NCBI GenBank assembly: GCA_030390025.1 | Contig: CM059431.1 | Span: 150,848,001 to 150,912,000 of the forward strand | Length of the DNA stretch: 64,000 nucleotides | Direction: 5' to 3' | From: Squalus acanthias | Lineage: Eukaryota | Part shown: positions 13,321 to 25,373 of the stretch, one piece after another | Layout of the letters: each line of letters starts with the position of its first letter | Position numbering within the stretch: position 1 is the stretch's first letter | Made by a program: the position numbers and the translations under genes | Notes under the pieces: generated by a model | Databases searched by the model: none | Told to the model about the DNA's origin: nothing | What the model saw: the letters and a program-made list of their open reading frames with translations, nothing else

Positions 13321-14624
13321 GTTGCTGATTGATTACATTTGTCCGTTTCACAGGACTCAGAAAGTTAACCAGTTCGTGTTGGTTATAATTGACTGTTATT
13401 CGAATTACGATTAAGTAGCAAACATTAGAAATTAAAAATTGGTTGGAGAGAAAAAGGATAAAGTAGTCTATGATGGAATATAGAAGGAGAAAGGGAAAGA
13501 TTCTGTCCCTTTTCTACTGCGAAAGGCTGCAAGATTTCAGTGTACTGTCTCTTTATAAAGCCTGTGTGAATGTTTCGGTGCTACTGGATGTGGATCCGCC
13601 CTCTTTCCCTTTTGTGTAAAAATGTTAAATGTTTTCTTCAACTATGAAAGCCACCTTTTTCTTCAGTTATGTTACAGTTATTTGGAAAGGCGCCTGAAGA
13701 ACAAAAGAAAACAGATGACGTAATTTTCTGGGATTTTGTAAGCATGTGCTTTTTTGATTATTTTATCTGTTCTGTATTGTTGTTAGTTAATAAAATATTG
13801 GGCTGAATTACACTGGAGCCATTGAGGTGTACTAACCTATTAAATTGTGAAAAACCTCTTTGATTGTGGCCACATTGAAATTCTGCTTATTGTTTTAAAT
13901 TATGGGAAGGTTTCTAGTTCCGGACCTGAGACTTTCACCTATTAAAATTGGCAGTTTGAATTTTTTAAACGCTAATGATTTGAATTGGAATTTTAGGACA
14001 TTTGAGATGATTCTGCTTCCTTAACCATCTTGGTTGTACTGGCACATCTTGGATTTGGAAACCTCGTTAAAAATGCTAAAAAGCTTAAAATGAGTTGTTT
14101 TTTTGTTCTTTTTATCCACAAGTTGTCGTAACCAGTCCTGACATGTGGCCTGGTCGCCAAGTTGTAGGGCATCCGTCTTGTAAACTCGCTGATCGCTGTT
14201 TCGAACCTGTATCTGTAGCGGTTTTAAGAGTCCAATCTTTAATTACATGATTTTGCCCGCGCCACTTAATCGCCCTGTGTCCTTGTCTCTCGCCATCACA
14301 GCTAAAATCTTTAACTCCCCGTGTAAACTTTGGATATTTAACAATTCTGCCGGACTTGGTTTCCCGGCGGTAGCATTTCCTTAATTTTGTGGTTTGAAAC
14401 AGGAGCGAGGCATAAATATGTCCCGATCTCTTAACTTCTTTGTTATTCTCCAATCTGCTGGTATTAGAGACAGAGAGATAGTCAATCTCGCTTGGAGTCC
14501 CACCTGTCTATTAGTCCCAAGTCTATAGTCGCACCTAATGCATCAGTACCACATATAAAAGGGACAAAGGAACTTGGACCTTAAATCAGACAAAGAGACT
14601 GAGACTGATAGCAGACGGCAGAAT

Positions 14625-15100
14625 TCTTGCATTTATATAGCGCCTTTGATGACCGCCGGACCTCCCAAAGTGCTTTACAGCCAATGAAGGAAACGCGGCA
14701 GCCAAATTGCGCACAGCACAGTTCCACAAATAGCAAACTGTAAATCCTGTTTTCCTTGTTTATTAATGTTGAGGGGTAACTATTGCCCAGGACACCGGGA
14801 AGCACTCCACTGCTTTTCTTCGAAATCATGCAATGGAATCTTTTATGTCCACCTGAGGGAGCAAAAGCCACCTCTAAAGAAGACAGCACCTCCGACATTG
14901 TAGCACTCCCTCAAAACTGCATTGGGAGTGACGACCTAGATTTCGCGCTCAAGTCTCACGGAGGAGGAATTTGAAACCATGACTGATTGACCCAGAGCCG
15001 AGAGAGCAAATGAGAAACGGACGGCAATCGGGCTGCTCATTGACAAATGAACCCATGACTTTCTGACTCAGAAGATCTGGTTCTGACCCACTGAGCTGAC
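14625..15100 (-). mobile_element. Deu-domain SINE
   Basis: Reverse-complement similarity to 9790-10230 across tail, core and head. Confidence 0.7.
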
Positions 15101-15399
15101 TCTCAGACGGGCGGAAGGTGCAAAGTGACACGCCAGAAGTAGTGACAGACAAATTGACATAGGCAAAGGTACAGTCAGACATAAAGGCAGCGGTTGGTTT
15201 ACCAAACTATCGATAATTCGTAAAGCATTGGCATTCCCAATCACTGACATTATTCCACACTATTACATTTCGATCTGTTAACATTCCCAGGTCGTTGCTG
15301 CTTATGAAAGCATTGATGCTTTATATACCTGACTATCCTCTTCCATTGATTTATCCCAGTCCATTAACTTTCCGAATTTTAATGAACGTTCACTTTATT

Positions 15400-16815
15400 T
15401 ACCTGGATAGACGAGAGAAGCTGGAGTTGTTCTCCTTGGAGCAGGGAAGGATGAGAGGAGATTTAATGGAGGTGTTCAAAATAATGAGGAGTCTGGACAG
15501 AGAAGATAGAGAGAAACTGTTCCCGTTGGTGGAAGAGACGAGAACCAGAGGACACAGATTTAAGGTGATAGGCAAAAGAACCAAAGGCGACATGAGGAAA
15601 AACTTTTTTACGCTGCTAGTGGTTAGGTTCTTGAATGAACTGCCTGAAAGGATGTTGGAGGCCGACTTAATCGTGGCTTATAAAGGGAATTGGATAAGTA
15701 CCTGATGAATAAAAAAGAATTGCAGGGCTACGGGAAATGGTCGGGGGAAGTGCTCTTGCAGAAAGCCGGCACGGGCTCGACGGGCCGAATGACCTCCTTC
15801 TGTGCTGTAACCATTCTATTATTCTATGATTCTACGAAACCATTTATATATCCTAGTCCATTGACTTCCCCAATTATTGACATAGTCCAGTCCATTCACT
15901 TTCCCAATCCATTTATATATCCCAGTCCATTGACATTTCCAATCCATTTAACTTTCATAAGGCCTTTGATAAGGTTCCACATAGTCGACTCCTAACTGAG
16001 GTCGGAGCATGGAGTCAGGGGGCAAGTAGCAGAAAGAAAAGCAATCTGGATACAAAACTGTAAGTAGAGAGTGGGGGTTAAAGTTAGACACTCAGACTGG
16101 TGGAAGGTGGAAAGCGGTGTTTAACAAGTGTCGCTGCTGGGACCACTGTTCTCCACCATTTAACCAATTTTATTGGACTCGAGAATCTGAAATACAATAT
16201 CAAAATTTGCATTTGTCCCCAAATTGGGAGATATAGTTAATACTGAGGAAGACTGCGACAACATACAGTTAGACTGTAAAATGGAAGAGCAAATGACAAA
16301 TTAATTTCAATATAAGTCAGTGTGTGGTGTTGTATTGTGGTAGGAGGAGTAAGGATTCCACCAAACCGAGCAGAAATTATGTTAAATTTGTATAGAACCT
16401 TGGTTGGACCACACTTTTAGTACTGTGCACAGTTCTGGTCTACATATTATCAACATGATATAGTATCACTGAAGAAGGCAAACAAACGATTCACAATGAT
16501 GATGGCAGAACGAACCTATCAGAAACGATTGAGCAGGCTGGGGATCTTTTCTCTAGAAAACGGAAGGCGGAGGGGCGACCTGGTAGAATTCTTTAGGATT
16601 ATGGCAGGATTTTATAGGTAGACGTAGAGAAGCTGTTTCCACTTTTATGGGAGACCAATACTAGGCGTTATAAATATAAGACAGTCATTAATATATCAAA
16701 TCGGAATTCAGGATTCACCTTTTAACCTGAGAGTGGTTAGAATGTGGAACTCGCTAGAACATGGAGTAGATTAATTCAAATAGCATAGGTGTATTTAAAG
16801 GGAAGCTAGATAAGT
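15400..16815 (+). mobile_element. Two decayed CR1 3' fragments (15400-15832, 15945-16815)
   Basis: LELFSLEQGRMRGDLMEVFKIM, (ttctatga) tail; second piece has decayed RT and C-terminal motifs. Confidence 0.8.
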
Positions 16816-17479
16816 ACCCAATACTGGTCAGTACCCCATCTCCGAATATTGGAAGGTGCATTCCGATATTAAACTTGAAACATGTTTGACATCTTGTGTC
16901 TGACAACTGCAGTGGAACAATCGGATTCGCCCGGTTTGCAAGAAGGTGGGGCGGGTGCCAAACCGTAACGCGTCGGTCTTGTAAACCGAAAAATGCGGGT
17001 TACCATTCCCAATCCGTTGCTGCTTGTGAAAGCATTGATGCTTTATACACCTGACTATCTTCATCCATTTATTTATCCCAATCACTTAACCTTCCGAACC
17101 ACGCGGGGTCCGTGCCTCTGTTAGATTTTAATATTTATGGGTATTTTTACTCTGCACCTGCTTCAAGACCAATATATCCGTGCGGTGCCCAAAACCGAAT
17201 GAAGCACTCCAGATGGTGTCTGAACAAATCTCTGCATAACTGAAGCATGAGGTGCATTGAATACCAGCCCGCTTGAGATCTTGAATTACAAATACATCTT
17301 TGTATCAGTATCGTCGATGTCAATTCAAAATGTTGATGTGTGCCCAGATACTTCACATGGCTGAACTGATACCTTCCCACTCTGTAACCAAATGATTAAA
17401 GGTACATGAAATTTAAATCAGAATTTAATTAAGTCTCATTATTACATCACCCTGAACCCTAACATACTTGCAGAGCCAA

Positions 17480-18644
17480 TACTGGCCCAACAACCGAGTG
17501 GTACTTTAAGCTGACGTTTAGTTCCTCGTTGAATAGATAAAGAATAATGGTTAGAATTAGTAGTATATGAAGAGTAACCAATAGAGTACAACATTAGCAG
17601 ACGTCAGGACAGTCTGATGAATGCTTTCCTTACACTGACCCTTTTTGGGTGTAAGAGTGTTAAAGGCCAATATTAAACTATATCTCTTCAGCATCATACA
17701 TCTATCTCGCTCTATTCTTCGACCCAGATCTCTACTCATTGCTTTTACCGATATCCTCACTCTCCAGAGTTACATTAATCGTTTCCTGTAGCCATGTTGT
17801 CAACGTGACCGACCCTGTCCTGCACCCGTTCTTCAGGGCATATTCATGATGCATATCGCATGCTGGATGCTTCAAATGCAACAAGGCACTTCTGCACACA
17901 AAGTGATATCCCAAGAACTTACAGCAAGAAACATTTCATAAAATACCAACCCTGACACTTCTGGACATCTAGCAAATGATCGGGGTCTTATGATTAGAAT
18001 CGCTCCCTGCCTGGTCCCTATGTTTCGGGATAGGATCGACACAAGCAGACTACTCCCGTTAATTGAGGGATCAAAAACTAACGGCCACAGATTAAAGAAT
18101 AAATGTAAGGGATTTAGAACTGAGGGTAAGAGAAATATCTCCATGCACGGAGAGTCGTCCGGCTGTGGAATTCACATAGGCAGAAATTATACAAATATTC
18201 AAGATTAAATTGGGTAGATTCAGGAATAAAAATAGATTGAAGACATGTCGAGGCAGAGCCGGGAACGTGATTCGAACCTTTTGCTCGGGTGGAGGGTGAA
18301 CGGCGGCAACGACTAGTTGGGTTGAATGGTCAATTCCCCAGTTATAACTTTTCCAACATATTGATGACCAGTTGAGATTTTATGTTAGTATCTGTGAACA
18401 AAATTATCTATTGTCACATTGATGAGTCAGGTTCCTGCTTTCTCCATCATTCGAGACAGATCAGGAGACAATGGGATCGGAGTCTGATGGGGAGATCAGC
18501 GCCCGCAAGATTACAGAAGAATTAAAATAACCAGGATTGTAAAACCCTTCACTGTTTCTACACTAGATAAAGCTTTATCTGTTAATTCAACTGAGCGTGT
18601 CATTCCAGTACCTGCCGTGTGAGGCAGTTAACGCTGACGCACAC
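17480..18644 (-). repeat. Third paralogous copy of the GPCR downstream flank
   Basis: Colinear with 43040-43372 plus 46965-47768, and with the reverse complement of 33610-34260 and 37900-38340. Confidence 0.8.
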
Positions 18645-18845
18645 CTGTGGAGGCCAAGCCACTGAATATGTTTAAGAAGGAGATAGATAAATTTCTAGAC
18701 ACAAATGTCATCAAGGGGTATGGGGAGAGAGCGGGAATATGGTATTGCGATAGAGGATCAGCCATGATCACATTGTAGAGAGCAGGCTCGAAGGGCCGAA
18801 TGGCCTACTCCTGCTCTCATTTTTCAATGTTTCTATATTTCTATT
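18645..18845 (+). mobile_element. CR1 3' tail
   Basis: ggagagagcgggaatatgg...gggccgaatggcctactcctgct...tttcta repeats. Confidence 0.85.
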
Positions 18846-19480
18846 AAGCCACTTCCTTATCCAAGCTGCCACTGACCCAACTATTACCTGAACCACAATT
18901 TTGTTAACCAGCCTTCTATGTGGTACTTTGTGAAACGCCTTCCGAAATCCATGTAGACAACATCCATTGCATTCCCATCATCAATCCTCTCTGTTACTTC
19001 ATTAAAAAATTCAATTACATTAGTCAAACACGTTCTCCCTTTTACAAACCTGTGTTGGCTCTCCATAATTAGCTTAAACCTCTCCAAATACTCGTTATTT
19101 TTTTCCTTGATTATTGTTTCTAAAATTTTAGCCACCACTGAAGTTAAACTGACCGGCCTGTAGTTATTAGGATTGTCCTTACACCCTTTCATTGAACAAT
19201 GGTGTCACATTATCCACTTTCCTATCCTCAGGCTCCTACCCCGTATCTAGGGAAGATTGGAATATTATGGCAAGCCCTTCCGCTATCTCCTCTCCAAATT
19301 CCATTAGCAACCTGGGATGCAAGCCATCTGGAGCAGGCGACTTGTCCACTCTAAGCATACCCAGCCTTTCTAGTAAATCCTGTCTATCGATTTTCTTCCC
19401 CTTCCATTGCTTCTACCTTATCCACTTCTACTGATACTTTTTCAGCATCCCTCTCCTCAGTAAACACCGATACAAAGTAT

Positions 19481-19780
19481 TCAGCAGGCGAGGCAGCATC
19501 CGTGGAGAGAGAAACAGAGTTAACGTTTCAGGTCGATGACCTTTCGTCAGAACTGGAAAGAGCCGGAAATCAAATAGATTTAAGGCCAGGATAAAGCTGG
19601 GAAAAGGGGGAGGGGATGAAAGAACAAAAGGGGAAATTAAGAGACATTAAGAGATATGCAAGGCAAGAGGTGGTGTTAATGTGACAGGTTAAACCTCCAC
19701 GGATGCTGCCTCGCCTGCTGAGCTTTTCCAGCGTTTTCTGTTGTTATTTCGGATTTGCAGCATCTACAGTATTTTGCTAT
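19481..19780. mobile_element. Non-autonomous Penelope-type fold-back insertion (second family)
   Basis: 13-bp TSD cgatacaaagtat (19468-19480, 19781-19793); inverted repeat 19481-19507 / 19695-19721; hammerhead-like motif inside. Confidence 0.75.
19518..19554 (-). ncRNA. Minimal type I hammerhead ribozyme-like motif
   Basis: Minus strand: agtt CTGACGA A aggtc-atc-gacct GAA ACGT T aact (stem I agtt/aact, 5-bp stem II, palindromic ACGT). Confidence 0.65.
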
Positions 19781-20740
19781 CGATACAAAGTATCAGTTTG
19801 TCTTCCCTTGGCCTGTGCCTCTAAGCATCTATCACCTTCTTTGTCCCGAATAGGCTCCACCCCGCCTCTTACTACCCGCTTACTGTTTACATGCAGGGAG
19901 AAGATTTTTGAGTTTCCTTTTATGTTAACCGCCATTCTAATCTCATATTCTCTCTTTGTCAATCTTATTTTCATCTTCACATCCCTCTCAACTTACTGTA
20001 TTTGGTCTGGTTCTCCCTTGAATAATTCACCTGACATGCATCATACACCCTCTTTATTTGTTTCATCATCTTCTCTATCTCCCTCGTCATCCAAGGAGCT
20101 CTTGCTTTGCTTCCCTTACACTTCCCTCTTGTTGGAATGTACCTAGCCTATTGGAACATCTTCTTAAAGATCACCCATTGTTCCGTTCCTGTTTTTCCTG
20201 TCAGTCTTTGGTTCCATTTTACACTGGCTAGATTCTTTCACATCCTATTGAAGTTAGCCCTATTCCAGTTTAGATGTTCCACTCCAGATTGTTCCTGGCT
20301 CCTCTCCATTGCTAATCTAAATCTTATGATGCAATGATCAGTCGTACCCAAGTGTTCTCCCACAGACACTTGGTCGAAGTGGCCCACCTCATTCCCCAGC
20401 ACCAGATCCAGCATTGCCTCTTTCCTGGTTGGGCCAAGAACATATTGGTCAATGAAATTCTCCTGAACACATTTCAGAAATTCCTCCCCCTCCTTTCCCT
20501 TTAACCTAGCATTATCCCAATTTATATTTGGGTAATTAAATTCCTCTAATATCACCACTCTATAGCTCTTGCATATCTCTGCGATTTCCCTGCAGAATTA
20601 CTCCTCTACCTCCCTCTCACTATTTGGAGGCCTATAGAATAGCTCCAATTGCGTGATCATAGCCTTTTTGCTCCTCAACTCCAACCAAATGGATTCTGTC
20701 CTTGTCCCCTCAAGAGCATCCTCCCTTGCCAACACTACAA

Positions 20741-21482
20741 TGGGCTGTATTTCCCGATCGGAGACCTCTTGCGTGCGGAGGCCTCCGATCTGGAATAATC
20801 TACGAACTTGCCTGAGGGCTCACGGGGCGCCTGCACTTCCGATCCTGGGCCTCTCCAAACTCTAAGTGCGCAGGGTATTATGTATCCCAGAGGCACATGC
20901 GGTCCGCAAGCATCTCTGAGATCACGTGGGCCAGGCCAGCCAACAGAAAAAGGGAATCTCCCTTCATACACTTGACAGATAGACCTGTCAGATATATGAA
21001 TGGAGATCAATGAAAAAACAAAATAGAATTTGATATAAATTTAAAAAAAATCATCTTTTTAAAATTAGTTGAAATTACAATAAGTTTAATTTTTTGAAAA
21101 ATATAATTAAAGATTTTTACGGGGCTAAAAATAAATTTACCTTACTTTAAATTAATTTTACATGATGAATGACTGATAAATTCTTTTTTTTTTTTACTTT
21201 TTTCAACTCTTATCCTGGTTAAATTAGCCCTGACGCCTGCTTTTTCCAGGCGTAAGAATTCTAAGGGTTTTCTGTGGGCGTCGGGTCTCCAGAAAGCGCA
21301 ACTATCCGGCTGCAGAGGCCCTTTTCTGGGGCAAACATCCAATCTGTCAAGAGCATTCTGGACAGATCGTAAACTCCGGTTTTCAGCGCATGCACTGTAC
21401 ATGCCTGAAACGGCATTTCTGATGTCCCTGCGGGTGGGTACACAGCACGTACCCACCCATAGGCATCGGAATATCCAGGCCA
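20741..21482. mobile_element. Non-autonomous TIR element inserted in the CR1 endonuclease region
   Basis: Imperfect TIRs TGGGCTGTATTTCCCGAT / reverse complement TGGCCTGGATATTCCGAT; GC-rich arms around an AT-rich core; CR1 sequence resumes on both sides. Confidence 0.65.
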
Positions 21483-22322
21483 CTGTCTTCCTTAATCAGC
21501 ACTGCCACCCACCTCCATTTTTCCTTCCCGATCTTTTCTGAATACCTTGTACCCTTGAATATTAAGTGCCCAGTCCTCACCGTTATTAAGCCACGTTTCC
21601 ATTATTGCCACAACATCATATTGCCACACAGCTGATTGTGCTTGTAGCTCACCAACCTTATTCACCAAACTCTGTTGCTTTCACGTACATGCATCCAAAA
21701 CACATTTTTGAATTTTTCGTAGTCTTTCTTTGTCTGCTCCTATCTAATATGTTACTACTACCGCCTCTAATACTGTTTTCTCTAGTACTATCCAACGCAC
21801 TCACTCTTTTATGCACCTTATTCCTCTTTTCTACTCCTATATGCTGGTGCCCATCGCCCTGCCAGGTTAATTTAAACCCTCCCCAAAGCACTAACAAACC
21901 TCCCCGCGAGATCTCTCTTTCTGCCTGTGTCGTTGTTAGCGATATGGACAACGACCTCTGGCTGGTCACCCTCCCACTTCAGAGTGTCCTGCAGCCGCCC
22001 AGTGACATCCTTGACCCTGGCACCAGGGAGTCAGCAAACCATCCTGGAGTGACGTCTAAGACCACAGAAACGCCTGTCTGCTCCCCAATAATTGAATCCA
22101 CTGCGACTATTGCTCTCCCATTGTTATTCCAGCCCCTCTGTGCAGCTGAGCCACCCGTGTTGCCGTGGACTTGACTCTGGCTGCACTCCCCAGAGGAACC
22201 ATCGCTCTCACCAGTACTCAGAACAGAATACTGGTTGGACAGCGCGATGCACTCCGGAGAATCCAGCACTATCTGCCTGGTCCTCCTCTTCTGTCTGCCG
22301 GTCATCCATTCCCTCTCTGCCT

Positions 22323-24817
22323 ACCAAAATGGATCCCATGGGTCTCGCGGCGGACACAGAGGAATTCATCAGGAGAATGAGGATCCGGGAATACTACCAC
22401 AAATCCCAAGATGTCAGCAACATTCCTAATGAGACAATCAACGATCCGGAACAGCAGACAGAGGGAACCGCAGTGCTACAACCGAGGAAGAAAGAGTCAA
22501 ATTGGACCCCTCCGGAGGGCCGCAGCCCTAAGCTTGACATGTATGCTCAAGCTGTCAGGAAATGCATCAACGCCAGATTCATCAGCCGTACTCACAAGAC
22601 AGTCCAGAATGTCACCCGAGAACAACGCAACGCCATCCACGCTCTCAAGACAAACCGCAACATCGTCATCAAACCAGCGGACAAAGGAGGAGCCATCGTC
22701 ATACAGAACAGAATGGACTATTGCAAAGAAGCATACCGAGAACTGGACAACCAGGAACACTACAGACAGTTACCCACAGATCCGACCAAAGAACACTCCC
22801 GCCAACTCAATAGACTGATCAAGACCTTCGATCCAGACCTTCAAAACATCCTACGCGCTCTCATCCCACGTACTCCCCGCGTAGGAGACTGTTACTGCCT
22901 CCCAAAGATACACAAAGCCAACACACCCGGACGTCCTATCGTATCAGGCAACGGAACCCTGTGTGAGAACCTCTCTGGGTACGTCGAGGGCATCCTGAAA
23001 CCCATCGTACAGGGAACCCCCAGCTTCTGTCGCGACACTACAGACTTCTTGCAGAAACTCAGCACCCATGGACCAGTTGAACCAGGAACACTCCTCGTCA
23101 CGATGGACGTCTCGGCACTCTACACCAATATCCCCCACAATGACGGCATCGCTGCGACAGCCTCAGTACTCAACACCAACAACAGCCAATCTCCGGACGC
23201 CATCCTACAACTCATCCGCTTCATCCTAGACCACAATGTCTTCACCTTCGACAACCAGTTTTTACCCAAACACACGGAACAGCCATGGGGACCAAATTCG
23301 CACCCCAATACGCCAACATCTTCATGCACAAGTTCGAGCAAGACTTCTTTGCTGCACTGGACCTCCAACCAACGCTGTACACCAGAAAAATCGACGACAT
23401 CTTCTTCCTTTGGACCCACGGCGAAGGATCACTGAAAGGACTACACGATAGCATCAACAGGTTCCATCCCACCATCAAACTCACCATGGACTACTCCTCA
23501 GAATCGGTTTCATTCTTGGACACACGAATCTCCATCAAAGACGGACGCCTCAGCACTTCACTCTACCGCAAGCCCACGGACAACCTCACGATGCTCCACT
23601 TCTCCAGCTTCCACCCTAACCACGTTAAAGAAGCCATCCCCAATGGACAAGCCCTGCGAATACACAGGATCTGCTCAGACGAGGAGGAACGCGATGGACA
23701 CCTAAGGACACTGAAAGACGCCCTCGTAAGAACGGGATATGACGCTCGACTCGTCGATCGACAGTTCCGACGGGCCACAGCGTAAAACCGCATAGACCTC
23801 CTCAGAAGACGAACACGGGACACAACCAACAGAGTACCCTACGTCGTCCAGTACTTCCCCGGAGCGGAAAAACTACGCCATGTTCTTCGCAGCCTTCAAC
23901 ATGTCATCGATGACGACGAACACCTTGCTAAGGCCATCCCCACGCCTCCACTACTAGCCTTCAAGCAGCCGCCTAACCTCAAAAGTACCATCGTTCGCAG
24001 CAGATTACCCATCTTTCAGGAGAACAGCAACCACGACACCACACAACCCTGCCACGGCAACCTCTGGAAGACATGCCAAATCATGGACACAGATACCATC
24101 ATCACACGTGAGGACACTACCCACCAGGTACACGGTACATACTCATGTGACTCGGCCAACGTTGTCTACTTGATACGTTGCAGTAAAGGATGCTCCAGAG
24201 CATTGTACATCGGCGCGACCATGCAGACACTGAAACAACGTATGAACGGACACCATGCAACAATCGCCAGGCAGGAGGGTTGCCTCCCAGTCGGGGAACA
24301 CTTCAGCAGTCAGGTGCATTCAGCCTCGGATCTGCGGGTAAGCGTTCTCCAAGGCGGCCTTCGGGATACCCGACAGCGCAAAATCATAGAGCAGAAACTG
24401 ATAGCCAAGTTCCGCACTCATGAGGATGGCCTCAATCGCGATATCGGGTTCATGTCACGATACAGAACGTGACTTGACATCATGGCCGGTATTTCCAGGT
24501 TTTGTTTTAAAAAGACTAACACAACAACTGGAGAGGATATGCAGCCAGCAGGTGTTTTGACACGTTGGACCCCCTGGGACACATCTCATTGTCTTGGCTG
24601 TGCTCTTAGTGTGTCTTTGATGTAGGGAAAGATTTGAATAGATTTTTTCTGTGTTTATATTGTGAATTCTGGGAGATTCTCTCACAGCTACCTTACCTGA
24701 AGAAGGAGCGAACAGCTCCGAAAGCTTGTAAAATTAAATAAATCTGTTGGACTATAACCTGGTGTTGTGCGACTTCTGATTTTTGTCCACCCCAGTCCAA
24801 CGCCGGCATCTCCACAT
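22323..24817 (+). mobile_element. Penelope-like retroelement (RT + GIY-YIG endonuclease), 5'-truncated; one frameshift (~23262) and one premature stop (23783)
   Basis: IKPADKGGAIV, LPKIHK..PGRPIVS, MDVSALYTNIPH, AMGTKFAPQYANIFM, IDDIF, FLD, LYRKPT; NVVYLIRC...YIG...RMNGH...EQKLI...GLN; ORF ends 24472; terminal region to 24817. Confidence 0.95.
24693..24731 (+). ncRNA. Minimal type I hammerhead ribozyme-like motif in the Penelope terminus
   Basis: ttac CTGAAGA A ggagc-gaaca-gctcc GAA AGCT T gtaa; AATAAA follows at 24737-24742. Confidence 0.7.
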
Positions 24818-25373
24818 ACATACTCTTAAGCTGCGGGGTGACCACCTCTAGAAATATGCCATCCACATAACTCTCAGCTTCGTGGATGTACCACAGTGAC
24901 TCCAGCCACCGCTCAAGCTCCAAAACCCGGAGCTTGAGTTGCTGTAGCTGTCGACACTTCCTGCGCATGTGGTCATCCAGGCTACGCGAAGCATCCAGGG
25001 CTTCCCACATGGCACATGATGTGAACTCCACGGGATTAAGCTCCACCCATTGCCTCTATTTAATACACTAAGAACTAACCCAGCAGAACCCTGCAGAAAT
25101 AAAATTAAAAATAACAAAAAACACTCCCCAGCTACTCACCAATCAGTTCTTTCCCTCTATTTAATAGGCTATAAACAAACTTAGCAGAAATAAACTTATG
25201 AACATAAAAATATACACCTACCAGCTACTCACCAATCAGCTCTTTCCTTTTTGTCGATGTCACATTTTTTACTCTGACGTCACTTTTTCAAAAGCTGCCT
25301 CTGTTGAATTGCTGCCGCTCTTTATAACTGCTCCGCTCTCGCTGTACTCGCTCCACGTCCTCTCCTTCCGGTC

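Larger units (their letters stand above)
18846..25370 (-). mobile_element. Long CR1 LINE (5' region, ORF1 Zn-finger/leucine zipper/esterase, ORF2 APE to RT motif A) carrying three nested insertions
   Basis: Minus ORFs 24693 (CAMWE...KCRQLQQLKLRVLELE), 21979 (LSNQYSVL...AIVAVDSII), 20238 (FNYPNINW...TDHCII), 18884 (NYRPVSLTSVV...VVYMDF). Confidence 0.9.

Noticed and set aside
13320..14600. Possible retroviral leader or gag remnant
   Set aside because: No primer-binding site, LTR pair or Gag motif that I could identify; left unannotated.
17557..17914. Minus-strand ORFs considered as an endogenous viral or helicase remnant
   Set aside because: No recognisable motif, and the frames are not preserved in the paralogous copies at 38010 and 43040.
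22092..23435. 447-aa ORF as a novel protein
   Set aside because: The N-terminus is antisense CR1 ORF1 read-through, the middle is Penelope RT and the C-terminus is out of frame.
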